From positions 1-50,356 of the IMG/VR virus record IMGVR_UViG_3300027861_000043: DNA of 50,356 nt. One strand, given 5' to 3'. Made by a program: the position numbers and the translations under genes. This document shows positions 38,262 to 46,959 of this stretch, in pieces. The DNA is from a virus (lineage: Duplodnaviria > Caudoviricetes). Below the pieces are notes generated by a model. It searched no databases. It was not told the DNA's origin and saw only the letters and a list, made by a program, of their open reading frames with translations. The stretch's first letter is position 1. Each line of letters starts with the position of its first letter.

Positions 38262-38289
38262 TTTACATTCTTTGAAAATCATGTATGAT
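38262..38289 (+). promoter_or_regulatory. rightward sigma70-like promoter
   Basis: TTTACA-N16-TATGAT. Confidence 0.6.
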
Positions 38290-38338
38290 GCACACTCTCA
38301 CAACGAGAAACTAAACAATCCAATATGAGGAAAACATT

Positions 38339-39142
38339 ATGGAATTAGGAATACTAGAACGGATAGAAGCCAAGTTAGATAAATTGCTTGGTGCTGAATC
38401 TGCCCCTGCTGAAGCCGGTCGATGGAAAACCGACAGAGTAGAAGTTGCTGCCCCAGAATTAACACCCACTGTTGAAGTACAACCAGAATTACCAGTAGAG
38501 GAATCGAAAGGCTCTGGAATGCTCGATGACGGTGGTTATGAGTGGGATGAGCGCATTCATTCATCTAACAAGAAGAAGACTGCTAAGGGTATCTGGACAA
38601 GACGGAGAGGTATAGATGACTCATTGTATAACCAAGTGATTGCGGAGCAGACAATTAACCCACCAGAAGGTTCGGAAGAAGCAGACATTAATGCTCTGGA
38701 TGTTCCAGAAGCACCATCGGTTCCAACACCTCCTGCTCCACCTTCACCATCGGTTCCAACACCTCCTGCGGTAAAACCTGAAGACGAACTTAAGAAAAAA
38801 GTTATGGCTTCAATTGCAAACTTAACAACGCGCTTTGGTGTAGATTTTGACAAGGTGATTGCTCAACTTCCTGACAACGTAAAAAGCTTTGATGCACTTG
38901 ACTCAAGTAAGTATCAAGAAGTGAGTGTTGCAATGGAAGCTTGGGAAGGATGGTTAGATTTGTGTCAAGATGAAAATGTGACTATTCAAACAATCGGTGG
39001 TCAAGCAGGTATTGACGGAATGATTAGTATTTATAATCACTACAATAACTCAACGAACTTCAACCAGATTGACCCTTCTGAATTAAACAATGTTCATGAT
39101 TGTTTAATGGATTATCGTAAGAAGTGGGAAGCGGTTAAGTAA
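38339..39142 (+). CDS. acidic replication-operon protein with WDERIHS..K....G.W..RRG motif and Pro-rich linker
   Basis: GAGG RBS; motif seen by eye; carries the terL-derived 39-bp segment. Confidence 0.8.
   Translation: MELGILERIEAKLDKLLGAESAPAEAGRWKTDRVEVAAPELTPTVEVQPELPVEESKGSGMLDDGGYEWDERIHSSNKKKTAKGIWTRRRGIDDSLYNQVIAEQTINPPEGSEEADINALDVPEAPSVPTPPAPPSPSVPTPPAVKPEDELKKKVMASIANLTTRFGVDFDKVIAQLPDNVKSFDALDSSKYQEVSVAMEAWEGWLDLCQDENVTIQTIGGQAGIDGMISIYNHYNNSTNFNQIDPSELNNVHDCLMDYRKKWEAVK
38406..38444 (+). repeat. 39-bp exact direct repeat, copy 2 (copy 1 in terL)
   Basis: identical to 1025-1063; bracketed by CTGCCCC at 38400-38406 and 38448-38454. Confidence 0.95.
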
Positions 39143-39143
39143 G

Positions 39144-40277
39144 ATGGCTGAAATAGTTCACAGTCGATTCGGCGCATCTGGTTTCAGCAGAATTATTGCC
39201 TGTAATGGTGTGATTCGACAAACCAGACATTGCGTCAATGAATCAAACCCTGCTGCTGAACTTGGTACTGCTGCTCATGAAGCCGGTGAATTTGCATTGC
39301 GAATGGGTGTGAATGCTTTTGACTTATTAGATATTGAATTTAACGGTCATACCGTGGATGCTGCGATGGCTGAAGCGGTTCAACTCTATGTTGCTTTTAT
39401 TAGAAATATAGCGTTGGTAAATAATGTTAAACCAATGCTTGAAGTTAAAGTAATCATGCTATCAGTGCGTGAAGATGTTTTCGGTACTGCTGATTGCATT
39501 TTCATCATCGGTGACACCCTTCACGTGTATGATTACAAACATGGTTATGGAATTGTCGAAGTTAAAAATAATTCTCAAGCAACTTTTTATGGTGTTGCTG
39601 CTCTTGATACTTTTCAATTGTGGGACACTATTAAAACTGTTCGTACAGGAATTATTCAACCTCGCGCTGACCATGTTGACGGGTCCATTCGTCTTCATGA
39701 TTATACAATCGAAGAAATGAAGCAGCACCAGATTGTATTTAAAAATACAGTTGAAGCAGCATCAAATCCTAATGCACCACTTAACGCAGGAGAGCATTGT
39801 TTGTATTGTATGGCTTCCGGTTTTTGTAGACCTCGCATTGAAAGAACTATGAGTTTAGCGTATGGTGAAAAACCAGTTGAAACGCTGAATGAAAATGAAA
39901 TCATTGCAATGTTTAAAGAAGTACCGGCATTAAAAAGAAACATCGCTAGAATTGAAGAACGAGCATTAAGTCTTGCTCGTGACGGAAAGGAAATCGAGGA
40001 TTTCAAATTAGTGAGAGCTATCAAGCGAGCAAGTTGTTCTGATGAAAAACTATTTATTGAAGCGGCGAAAAAAAGCGGCATTGATAAATCCAAACTTTAT
40101 AATCTGAAATTAAAATCGATGACGGATTGTAAAAAAATTGTTGATAAGAAAGTCGTTGATGAATATTTCGTCAAACCGCCCGCGTCAACTACTTTAGTAA
40201 AAATGACTGACAAACGTGCTGCGGTATCTACCCGTCCATCGGCTGTCGGTAAATTCAAAAATGTAACGGAGAAATAA
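39144..40277 (+). CDS. DUF2800-like Cas4/PD-(D/E)XK exonuclease
   Basis: HS...AS...R...C, A..GT.AH, FGTAD, DYK.G, IIQPR, HC.YC....C. Confidence 0.85.
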   Translation: MAEIVHSRFGASGFSRIIACNGVIRQTRHCVNESNPAAELGTAAHEAGEFALRMGVNAFDLLDIEFNGHTVDAAMAEAVQLYVAFIRNIALVNNVKPMLEVKVIMLSVREDVFGTADCIFIIGDTLHVYDYKHGYGIVEVKNNSQATFYGVAALDTFQLWDTIKTVRTGIIQPRADHVDGSIRLHDYTIEEMKQHQIVFKNTVEAASNPNAPLNAGEHCLYCMASGFCRPRIERTMSLAYGEKPVETLNENEIIAMFKEVPALKRNIARIEERALSLARDGKEIEDFKLVRAIKRASCSDEKLFIEAAKKSGIDKSKLYNLKLKSMTDCKKIVDKKVVDEYFVKPPASTTLVKMTDKRAAVSTRPSAVGKFKNVTEK

Positions 40278-40280
40278 AAA

Positions 40281-41153
40281 ATGGCTAATGAAATTGTATT
40301 TACAGATGTGTTCAGATTGTCATACCCTCATTTAGAAAAACCTCAAGAGCCGCAAAATGCAGGTGAGGCCGCTAAATATGGTATTGCAATGATGTTCCCG
40401 CAGTCAGGTGTTTTACCTGTCAACAATCAACCAAGTACTACTGATTCAATATTCGCTGCTCTCGACAAATGCTGCATGGAGCAATGGAATATTAATTTTG
40501 CTCAGGCATCGGCTGAAGGTATGGGCGTTCAATTCCCACCGAAACGAAAAGACGGTAATACTGTTTTTGAAAAAGACGCGCAAGGTAATCCTATCGCCGG
40601 TCAGGTTAGTCCTAACTCTGCGAATATGTGGATTCTAACAGCGAAGAATATTGACCCAGTTGGTTGCTGTGACCCAACTGGTACAATTGATATCGCACCG
40701 AAAGATGTACTCGCCGGTTATTGGTGTTCAGCAGAATTAGAATGTGCTGCTTATGACAGTAAGAACGGTCGAGTTATTTCTATTAAAGTGTTGAATGTTC
40801 AACTGTGTTATAAAGATGAGGTGTTCGGCAACAAACGTGTAGCGACTCCTGCTTCGGCTTCATTCGCTAATCGTGCAATTGCTGATTCAAATATTGCACA
40901 AGGTTCTATTCAGCGAGTGGTTCCGAATCAAGTAACACCATCGGCTCCGTCAGTGCCGACACCTCCTGCTCCTACAGTGCCGACACCTCCTGCTCCTACA
41001 GTGCCGACACCTCCTGCTCCTACACCAACCACTCCGGTAATCATGAATGAAGGTCAGCCGACCTATGAAGCAATGATTGCTAATGGATGGACAGATGAGC
41101 AAATCATTACAGCAGGTTACGGTAAAGCTAACTACATGGACCCTGCGGGATGA
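40281..41153 (+). CDS. DUF2815-like single-stranded DNA-binding protein with Pro-rich tail
   Basis: RLSYP.L.KP, KY, KDG, AGY, NVQ...D...G; C-terminal TYE.MIA.GWTDEQ. Confidence 0.8.
   Translation: MANEIVFTDVFRLSYPHLEKPQEPQNAGEAAKYGIAMMFPQSGVLPVNNQPSTTDSIFAALDKCCMEQWNINFAQASAEGMGVQFPPKRKDGNTVFEKDAQGNPIAGQVSPNSANMWILTAKNIDPVGCCDPTGTIDIAPKDVLAGYWCSAELECAAYDSKNGRVISIKVLNVQLCYKDEVFGNKRVATPASASFANRAIADSNIAQGSIQRVVPNQVTPSAPSVPTPPAPTVPTPPAPTVPTPPAPTPTTPVIMNEGQPTYEAMIANGWTDEQIITAGYGKANYMDPAG
40951..41024 (+). repeat. 24-bp tandem repeat x3
   Basis: CAGTGCCGACACCTCCTGCTCCTA x3, encoding VPTPPAPT. Confidence 0.95.
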
Positions 41154-41569
41154 CACCGGAGCAACGGGCCTCTCAAGACGTTCGCCTTCGGGCGAGCCAA
41201 TGGGGAATGAAGTTGTTCAGGAACAATAGTGGGGTTCTCATGAATCCTGCTAATATTCCTGTCAGATTCGGATTAGGTAACGAGTCGAAAAGAATAAATA
41301 AAATAATTAAATCAAGCGATTTTATTGGTGTTTTTGCTGTCACTATTACACCAGAAATGGTCGGTAAGACAGTCGGTGTTTTTGCAGCCATTGAAGCTAA
41401 GGCTGATGGATTTGTTGAGCGGGAAGAATACCCTGAAGGCTCAAGAGAGAAAGCACAGAAAACATTTATTGATTTAGTAAAAACTCAAGGTGGACTAGCA
41501 GGTTTCGCAACCAATGCCAGTGACGTTGATAAACTCACAGAAACATATTTTAGCGGATTAATAAAATGA
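41150..41569 (+). CDS. VRR-NUC domain nuclease
   Basis: LFRNNSG, VRFGL, SSD.IG, F.AIE.K, Q..F...V...GG.AG. Confidence 0.85.
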   Translation: MTPEQRASQDVRLRASQWGMKLFRNNSGVLMNPANIPVRFGLGNESKRINKIIKSSDFIGVFAVTITPEMVGKTVGVFAAIEAKADGFVEREEYPEGSREKAQKTFIDLVKTQGGLAGFATNASDVDKLTETYFSGLIK

Positions 41570-41808
41570 CTAAAAAATCAGAAATAAAAAAGCGTTTGTT
41601 TGCTTACGAAGATAGGAATGCTGTTCACGTAGCAATGGTTAAACGTCAAAAGAAATTACAAGCACTGGTTGATATTCACGGAATCGAAAACGTGTGTCTT
41701 GCCGGTGGCTATGCTGAATCGACTTTGAGTCAGTACTTAAGAATGTCATCACCTAATATCGGAAAAGAAAATCTGGATAAAGCTATTCATATTTTGAAAG
41801 GATTATAA
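41566..41808 (+). CDS. small HTH-like DNA-binding protein
   Basis: GIENVCLAGGYAESTLSQYL. Confidence 0.6.
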   Translation: MTKKSEIKKRLFAYEDRNAVHVAMVKRQKKLQALVDIHGIENVCLAGGYAESTLSQYLRMSSPNIGKENLDKAIHILKGL

Positions 41809-41838
41809 TAATAATTTCCAACATTAGGGGATGCAATT

Positions 41839-44292
41839 ATGCAGTATGATTTAGAGCAAGTCAGGACTCACCTCGCGTTGTTATCAGGTGAAGAAAACTC
41901 ATTAGAAACCTTTCAACATTATTTTGACCCTGACGATTTACCCAAGCGAAAAGGTTTAGCAACTCATTTTACGAATCGGCTGAATGAAAGCCTTGATTAC
42001 CTTCTTGAGATGCAAAAACATCTTTGCGGTATTTATGTGACTGTCAATAAAACAGACGGTAAAGGCAGGAAAGAAAAAAACGTCATCGGCTATCGTAACT
42101 TTTTTGTTGATTATGATGATAGTACTGAGCCATCGTGGACAATACCCCCTACCTGTACGACTAAACGTGGACCGAGAAATGGTCATGGGTTCTTTCACGT
42201 TAAAGGGGAGTGCAGCAAGGAGGACTGGATTAGAGTACAGAAACATTTAATTATGTTCTACAAAACGGACCCTGTAATGACTGACCCACCTCGCGTGATT
42301 CGTGTAGCAGGGTTCTTACATTTAAAAGATTCTAAAAACCCCCAAATGTACCGGCTTGATATCATCAATAAAGATGTCTCCTATACTGTCGATGAAATGA
42401 TTGCTTCTATGCCTCTCAATGAGGCGCAACAGGAAGCCCTTGACGATTGGGTTAATCAGGAGTCGAGAGTGGACACAGGGACCGGATATGAAGCTAATGC
42501 TGCCCATAGTGTTAGGCTACTCAATTGGGCTAAGATTCAAGCGCCCGTAGCTGTCCGTGGAACCGGCTCTAAAACAGTCCTTGGTGTTGCAGGGTGGGCG
42601 CATGATTTAGGTATTCCCTTTGACGAAACTCAACAAGTCCTATGGGAACACTATAACCCTCGCTGTGAGCCTCCGTGGTCTGATGAACCCCATGAGAAGA
42701 CAGATTTCTTTGAGACTGTTAAACGGGCCTATACAGGCGCTCATAGTGCGGCAGGTTGTCGAACATTCAAACACGCTGTTCAACAGCGCAAGCTACCCCC
42801 TCGGACTGATGGGTGGACTGCACAACCTGAGATTCTTAGTTCTGATTCTCCTGACATCGATACGAGCGAACGCGACTATGGTCGAATGAGTAAAGATGAA
42901 GCTGTTAATGCTAAGAAAATGTTAGACGCTAAGACACCGGAGATGGAAGTTGCTATCATGTTCGATGGTTACGAATACAATGGTCGAGAAATCTATCGTG
43001 AGGATAAAATGTATTACCGGTATAACGGTAAAACTTATGAGTATGTTTCCGATGATATTATCAAAGCGGAAATTCAAAAGTTCTGGTATAAGGATAAACC
43101 GTCGAGTGGGAAAATTAACGGCGTTATTGAGTCTCATAAAAACCTAGTAACTCGTAGTGGATTGGCTAACGGTACATGGCTCAATCGAAAAGATTCTGAT
43201 GGTTCAAACTATTCAGTTTTTAATAATGGCATCGTTGACCTGTCACTTGAAAAACCAATTGTCATTCCTCATTCGTGGGCTTACTTTTCGTTTGCTAGTA
43301 AATCGTATGACTATGACCCCGAAGCTAAATGTCCTGTGTTCACACGTACAATAAATGATATGTTTGAGCATGACCCCGATAATACAGTTCTACTTTTAGA
43401 ATTCATCGGCTTGTTACTCACTCATGTTTTAAAATGGCAAAAATTCTTATTCTTAAAAGGTGTTCCTCGCGGCGGTAAGGGAGTCATAACCAATCTCATT
43501 CGTAAGTTAGTCGGTGAAGAAAACTGTGCTAACCCATCGCTTCAGGATATTGTTAAAGCGCCTATTCTTCATTCATTATCGACTAAATCAGTAGCATTCT
43601 GTGATGACGTTCGCTCACTACCAATGGGTATTCGAGATACCGTATTATCCAAACTGCTTCAGCTTACCGGTTGTGATGCTCAGACATTCGATGTTAAATT
43701 CAAGGGCGCTCAAACGTGCGTTATACCGGCGCGATATGTGATGAGTTCTAATGAGATTCCAGACTTCATTGATGCCTCTGGTGCTTTGCTTGCTAGAATG
43801 CTGCTAATCACGTTCGAGAAGTCCTACAGAGGTCGAGAAAACCTTACATTGGGCGATGACCTTGCTGCTGAACTATCTGGTATCTGTAACCTCGCTACGG
43901 CTGCTTATCGTGCTGCTGATAAACGTGGTCGATTTACTGAACCTGAGTCTAGTAAGATTGAAAAAGAAATTATGCGTACTGAGTTCTTCCCCCTTTCTAG
44001 TTTCGTTACTGACAATTGTGACCTCGAAGATGATAGCTTGGTGTCAGTAACGGACCTCTATAAATCTTATCTGGTTTATGCGTCAACGAATTCCGTTCGT
44101 ATGCCATACACTAAAACGAAATTATGCAAACAGCTTCGTAGTTCTGATTTAGCTTTGCGTATGGTTAGAAAAACGATTGACGGTAAGAAAGAAAACTACT
44201 TAATCGGTATTGAATTAAATCAAGAAGCAAGGGATATTATCAGTCTCGATAATGTTACGAACTTCCCAAACAGGAGAGAAAACAATGGTTAG
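41839..44292 (+). CDS. primase-helicase (RepB-like primase + D5/P4-type SF3 helicase)
   Basis: FVDYD, H.F, D..R.IR..GF.H.K primase motifs; N.RC.PPW; F.NG..DL; Walker A GVPRGGKG, Walker B FCDD, SSN. Confidence 0.9.
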   Translation: MQYDLEQVRTHLALLSGEENSLETFQHYFDPDDLPKRKGLATHFTNRLNESLDYLLEMQKHLCGIYVTVNKTDGKGRKEKNVIGYRNFFVDYDDSTEPSWTIPPTCTTKRGPRNGHGFFHVKGECSKEDWIRVQKHLIMFYKTDPVMTDPPRVIRVAGFLHLKDSKNPQMYRLDIINKDVSYTVDEMIASMPLNEAQQEALDDWVNQESRVDTGTGYEANAAHSVRLLNWAKIQAPVAVRGTGSKTVLGVAGWAHDLGIPFDETQQVLWEHYNPRCEPPWSDEPHEKTDFFETVKRAYTGAHSAAGCRTFKHAVQQRKLPPRTDGWTAQPEILSSDSPDIDTSERDYGRMSKDEAVNAKKMLDAKTPEMEVAIMFDGYEYNGREIYREDKMYYRYNGKTYEYVSDDIIKAEIQKFWYKDKPSSGKINGVIESHKNLVTRSGLANGTWLNRKDSDGSNYSVFNNGIVDLSLEKPIVIPHSWAYFSFASKSYDYDPEAKCPVFTRTINDMFEHDPDNTVLLLEFIGLLLTHVLKWQKFLFLKGVPRGGKGVITNLIRKLVGEENCANPSLQDIVKAPILHSLSTKSVAFCDDVRSLPMGIRDTVLSKLLQLTGCDAQTFDVKFKGAQTCVIPARYVMSSNEIPDFIDASGALLARMLLITFEKSYRGRENLTLGDDLAAELSGICNLATAAYRAADKRGRFTEPESSKIEKEIMRTEFFPLSSFVTDNCDLEDDSLVSVTDLYKSYLVYASTNSVRMPYTKTKLCKQLRSSDLALRMVRKTIDGKKENYLIGIELNQEARDIISLDNVTNFPNRRENNG

Positions 44293-44512
44293 ATTTATAA
44301 GTAAAATAAACTCAGGAGAGAATGTTAGCGGCATTCAATCTGTGAACATGGACCTCGTTAGACTCGTTGCGCTTGATGAACCAAGTAATACAATAAATAT
44401 TTACTTCAGTGGTGGCGGTCCTGATATGAGTTGGAACTTTGAGACTAGAGATGAAATGTATGAGATGTTTGTGTTGATGACGAAATATGTACCCCCTATA
44501 AAAGCGGGGTAG
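44285..44512 (+). CDS. hypothetical protein
   Basis: AGGAG RBS favours the internal ATG (MVRFISK...). Confidence 0.65.
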   Translation: MVRFISKINSGENVSGIQSVNMDLVRLVALDEPSNTINIYFSGGGPDMSWNFETRDEMYEMFVLMTKYVPPIKAG

Positions 44513-44516
44513 TTTT

Positions 44517-44693
44517 CTACTTAATTATCTTCTTGCAATTGGTCCCATCTTTTGTACATGAAAAACAATTTCCTGAAGGGTAACAAATAACATTCTTGTG
44601 ACCCTTTGTGGAAGCAAATGTAACCGGTGTGTACCAAGTCGCAACAGCTAATGCTATTACAGATATTACAGTAAATGGTTTACTTTTCTTCAT
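44517..44693 (-). CDS. 58-aa secreted 4-Cys cationic peptide (not in ORF track)
   Basis: GGAG RBS; MKKSKPFTVISVIALAVATWYTPVTFA|STKGHKNVICYPSGNCFSCTKDGTNCKKIIK. Confidence 0.7.
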   Translation of the reverse strand: MKKSKPFTVISVIALAVATWYTPVTFASTKGHKNVICYPSGNCFSCTKDGTNCKKIIK

Positions 44694-44741
44694 TTTATTT
44701 CTCCAATTTTGCCATCAAAGTCCGGTGATGGCTTCCGGTTG

Positions 44742-44942
44742 TTATTCTTTCTTTTTGATAAAACATACATAGCAACGCTCCTTATACCCGCCATAATCCC
44801 ATTCCCCATTAACTGCTTCGCACCAGTCGTCAAAATAGTCTGGGTGATTATCATCTTCTTTGTTGAACTGATAGAATGTAACAAGATACCACCCATCATT
44901 TTTAGCTCTAACCTCTAAGGCTCTTAGTTTTTCTGAGTTCAT
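44742..44942 (-). CDS. hypothetical protein
   Basis: AGGA RBS favours the MNSEKL start at 44942. Confidence 0.6.
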   Translation of the reverse strand: MNSEKLRALEVRAKNDGWYLVTFYQFNKEDDNHPDYFDDWCEAVNGEWDYGGYKERCYVCFIKKKE

Positions 44943-44949
44943 CAACTCT

Positions 44950-45066
44950 CTATTCCTTATTGTTGGTTGCTTCTTTAACAGCCCATTCCCACAACTCAGA
45001 TTGATTCTGGCCCATATATTCGCTTTCAAATAACTTAATGGCTTTTTTAGCTTGTTGGTATGTCAT
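44950..45066 (-). CDS. 38-aa hypothetical protein (not in ORF track)
   Basis: MTYQQAKKAIKLFESEYMGQNQSELWEWAVKEATNNKE; ATGA-coupled, AGGA RBS. Confidence 0.55.
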   Translation of the reverse strand: MTYQQAKKAIKLFESEYMGQNQSELWEWAVKEATNNKE

Positions 45067-45323
45067 AATCTATTCCTTATTACAATCTCATAACAACTAT
45101 CACAAACATGAACCACATTTTCATCACCAACAGGTTCACCATACAAACTTTCGTATTCAGTCTCCAACTCTTTCTGAGTCACAGTCGATTGAAGTATCTG
45201 GTCGCAACCTTCGCAAGTAAATTCGTGCGATTTCTTTAACCTGTTGATTTCAGCCTTTTCCCATTCTTCAAAATCTCTGTTCGATTCAGCTAACATTCTT
45301 CTGTTACCGTTAAAATAATTCAT
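45063..45323 (-). CDS. small zinc-binding protein
   Basis: CEGC..CDSC; start MNYFNG at 45323 coupled to upstream small ORF. Confidence 0.65.
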   Translation of the reverse strand: MNYFNGNRRMLAESNRDFEEWEKAEINRLKKSHEFTCEGCDQILQSTVTQKELETEYESLYGEPVGDENVVHVCDSCYEIVIRNRL

Positions 45324-45463
45324 GACACTAATACCCCTATGGCTTTCTTCTTTCTGGTTAAGTAAAAATCTAGCATTCGTTGACCTTCGCAAATCGATAC
45401 AGTGTCAATATGAACCATTCGCTTTACGACTTTATTCCATCGCAGGATTCGTAGTTTGTTCAT
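45320..45463 (-). CDS. 47-aa basic hypothetical protein (not in ORF track)
   Basis: MNKLRILRWNKVVKRMVHIDTVSICEGQRMLDFYLTRKKKAIGVLVS; ATGA overlaps at both ends. Confidence 0.55.
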   Translation of the reverse strand: MNKLRILRWNKVVKRMVHIDTVSICEGQRMLDFYLTRKKKAIGVLVS

Positions 45464-45708
45464 ACTGTTATCCTCGTTAATGTTGCATTGTGTTCACTGT
45501 ATATCGGTCCATAATAAACACCTTCAAACCACGGTGAATCCCAATATCTTGCTTGAAGTATTCTGAGTCGAGTAAGTATGTCGATACGTTCAACCATTCG
45601 CTCTAATTCTAGCTTATAATCAAACTGAGCGTGTAAGGTTAATTCGGTGCAAGTTCCTATTTTTATACCACAAACAGAAATCGTTCCTTCTCCTAAGTGC
45701 TTATTCAT
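45460..45708 (-). CDS. hypothetical protein
   Basis: coupled ORF in leftward accessory operon. Confidence 0.6.
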   Translation of the reverse strand: MNKHLGEGTISVCGIKIGTCTELTLHAQFDYKLELERMVERIDILTRLRILQARYWDSPWFEGVYYGPIYSEHNATLTRITV

Positions 45709-45926
45709 CGTCCTGCTCCCATTCCAATATCGGAGAGTGTTACCCCGTAGGGCATCATCTGCAATTCTAATGACTTAAAATGCTTGCTGAATGTTAGGCT
45801 GCGAAGGTATTCAACCGGCTTACGTTTAGTCACAACCACTTCGGCTATACGCTTGTCATCCAAATACACTCGAACGTAACTCTCGTTGCCTGTTACTGCG
45901 TGTGTGCCTGTTACTTTTATACTCAT
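45705..45926 (-). CDS. hypothetical protein
   Basis: AGGAG RBS, TAATG-coupled. Confidence 0.65.
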   Translation of the reverse strand: MSIKVTGTHAVTGNESYVRVYLDDKRIAEVVVTKRKPVEYLRSLTFSKHFKSLELQMMPYGVTLSDIGMGAGR

Positions 45927-46399
45927 TACTGCTTACTCCTACTCTCGTTAATTTCTTCATTGAGTTTGTGATACATTTCATTAAAATTAATGAAATCTCT
46001 ACCTTCAGGGTTGGAAAATCGAATTCCGTATTTAGAATGGTCCACAAGTTCTTTCGCCTTATTTAAAGAGCAACCTAAAATTTCAGGCATATCTTTAGTC
46101 TTCACCCCCCTATCGACTAGCTCTTTAAATAATCTGTAAGTTAGGTGTTTAGCTTTCAAACGATAGAAATTCTTCCATTTAACTGCCTTGCTCCATTTCA
46201 ACTTATAAGTTTTACCATCATTGTTTAAAGATTCAGTACCGCTTTTGATTTGCCTTTTAGTTGTAGTGATATCAGTCTTAATTTTATAAAGTTCAAATTC
46301 AATTTCTTCTTTCTTCGACATCAAACCTTTCAGTTCTTTTTCCTTCGTTTCTTTAAAATCGTCAGTACTCATTACTGCTTACTCCTACTCTCGTTAATT
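45920..46399. repeat. 34-bp exact direct repeats (45920-45953, 46366-46399) flanking gene 45926-46372
   Basis: minus strand AATTAACGAGAGTAGGAGTAAGCAGTAATGAGTA twice; both upstream proteins end INESRSKQ. Confidence 0.95.
45926..46372 (-). CDS. basic protein, coiled coil + possible HTH
   Basis: RGVKTKDMPEILGCSLNKAKELV. Confidence 0.65.
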   Translation of the reverse strand: MSTDDFKETKEKELKGLMSKKEEIEFELYKIKTDITTTKRQIKSGTESLNNDGKTYKLKWSKAVKWKNFYRLKAKHLTYRLFKELVDRGVKTKDMPEILGCSLNKAKELVDHSKYGIRFSNPEGRDFINFNEMYHKLNEEINESRSKQ

Positions 46400-46851
46400 A
46401 ATGTATCGATACACTCAATCATTCCGTCGATGAGGGCTATTTCTCCCTGCTCGACGCTCGCTATCCAGTACCGAACTGAATCGTGCTTACGGCTCAAATC
46501 TCGAAGCTTGAGAGGTATCGAAACACCCCCCGCTTCAGGTGTAGTGAATTGTTCATCAAGAATACCCCTCCTATCTAAGCTGTCGAATATACCCTTTTTA
46601 TTCATGAATTTATCTCCATTATTAAAATCGTGCGATAACCCTGTCCTTAATGCTTTTAATATAACACTTTCAACATCCACTTGTGTTCTTAAATTAAAAT
46701 CTAAACATAGTTTTTTTAAATAATCTTGAGATATCTTGCGTAGCTCGGTGGCTGTGACGTTCGTGCGGCGGGACTTGCCTACCTGATAGCCACGATTGGT
46801 TAAGCATTCAATTAAGCTTTCATCTGATATTAAATTTAATGAGCCGTTCAT
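46372..46851 (-). CDS. hypothetical protein, first gene of leftward accessory operon
   Basis: AAGGA RBS, downstream of consensus promoter. Confidence 0.7.
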   Translation of the reverse strand: MNGSLNLISDESLIECLTNRGYQVGKSRRTNVTATELRKISQDYLKKLCLDFNLRTQVDVESVILKALRTGLSHDFNNGDKFMNKKGIFDSLDRRGILDEQFTTPEAGGVSIPLKLRDLSRKHDSVRYWIASVEQGEIALIDGMIECIDTLINESRSKQ

Positions 46852-46885
46852 GGTTATTTATTTCCTTATTTGTTGGTGTAAGTGG

Positions 46886-46915
46886 ATTATATACAGGTCC
46901 ACTTATTAATGTCAA
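46886..46915 (-). promoter_or_regulatory. consensus sigma70 promoter overlapped by TAAGTGGA boxes
   Basis: TTGACA-N18-TATAAT on minus strand. Confidence 0.75.
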
Positions 46916-46959
46916 CTACTTTAAGTGGACCGTTAGTAATTTTTTGTACAATTTAGGGG

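Noticed and set aside
1025-38444. diversity-generating retroelement TR/VR pair
   Set aside because: Repeat is only 39 bp, exact with no adenine-specific mismatches, and no reverse transcriptase is present
39144-40277. CRISPR-associated cas4
   Set aside because: Cas4-like fold but in the usual phage nuclease-SSB-VRR-NUC context; no array or other cas genes
44489-44510. extra TAGGGGGTAC (minus strand) as a second packaging site
   Set aside because: Single copy inside a gene end, part of an ACCCC/GGGGT hairpin at a convergent junction; could be chance
46250-46723. 157-aa plus-strand ORF and other antisense or nested ORFs in the track
   Set aside because: Shadows of well-supported genes; no RBS or recognisable motifs
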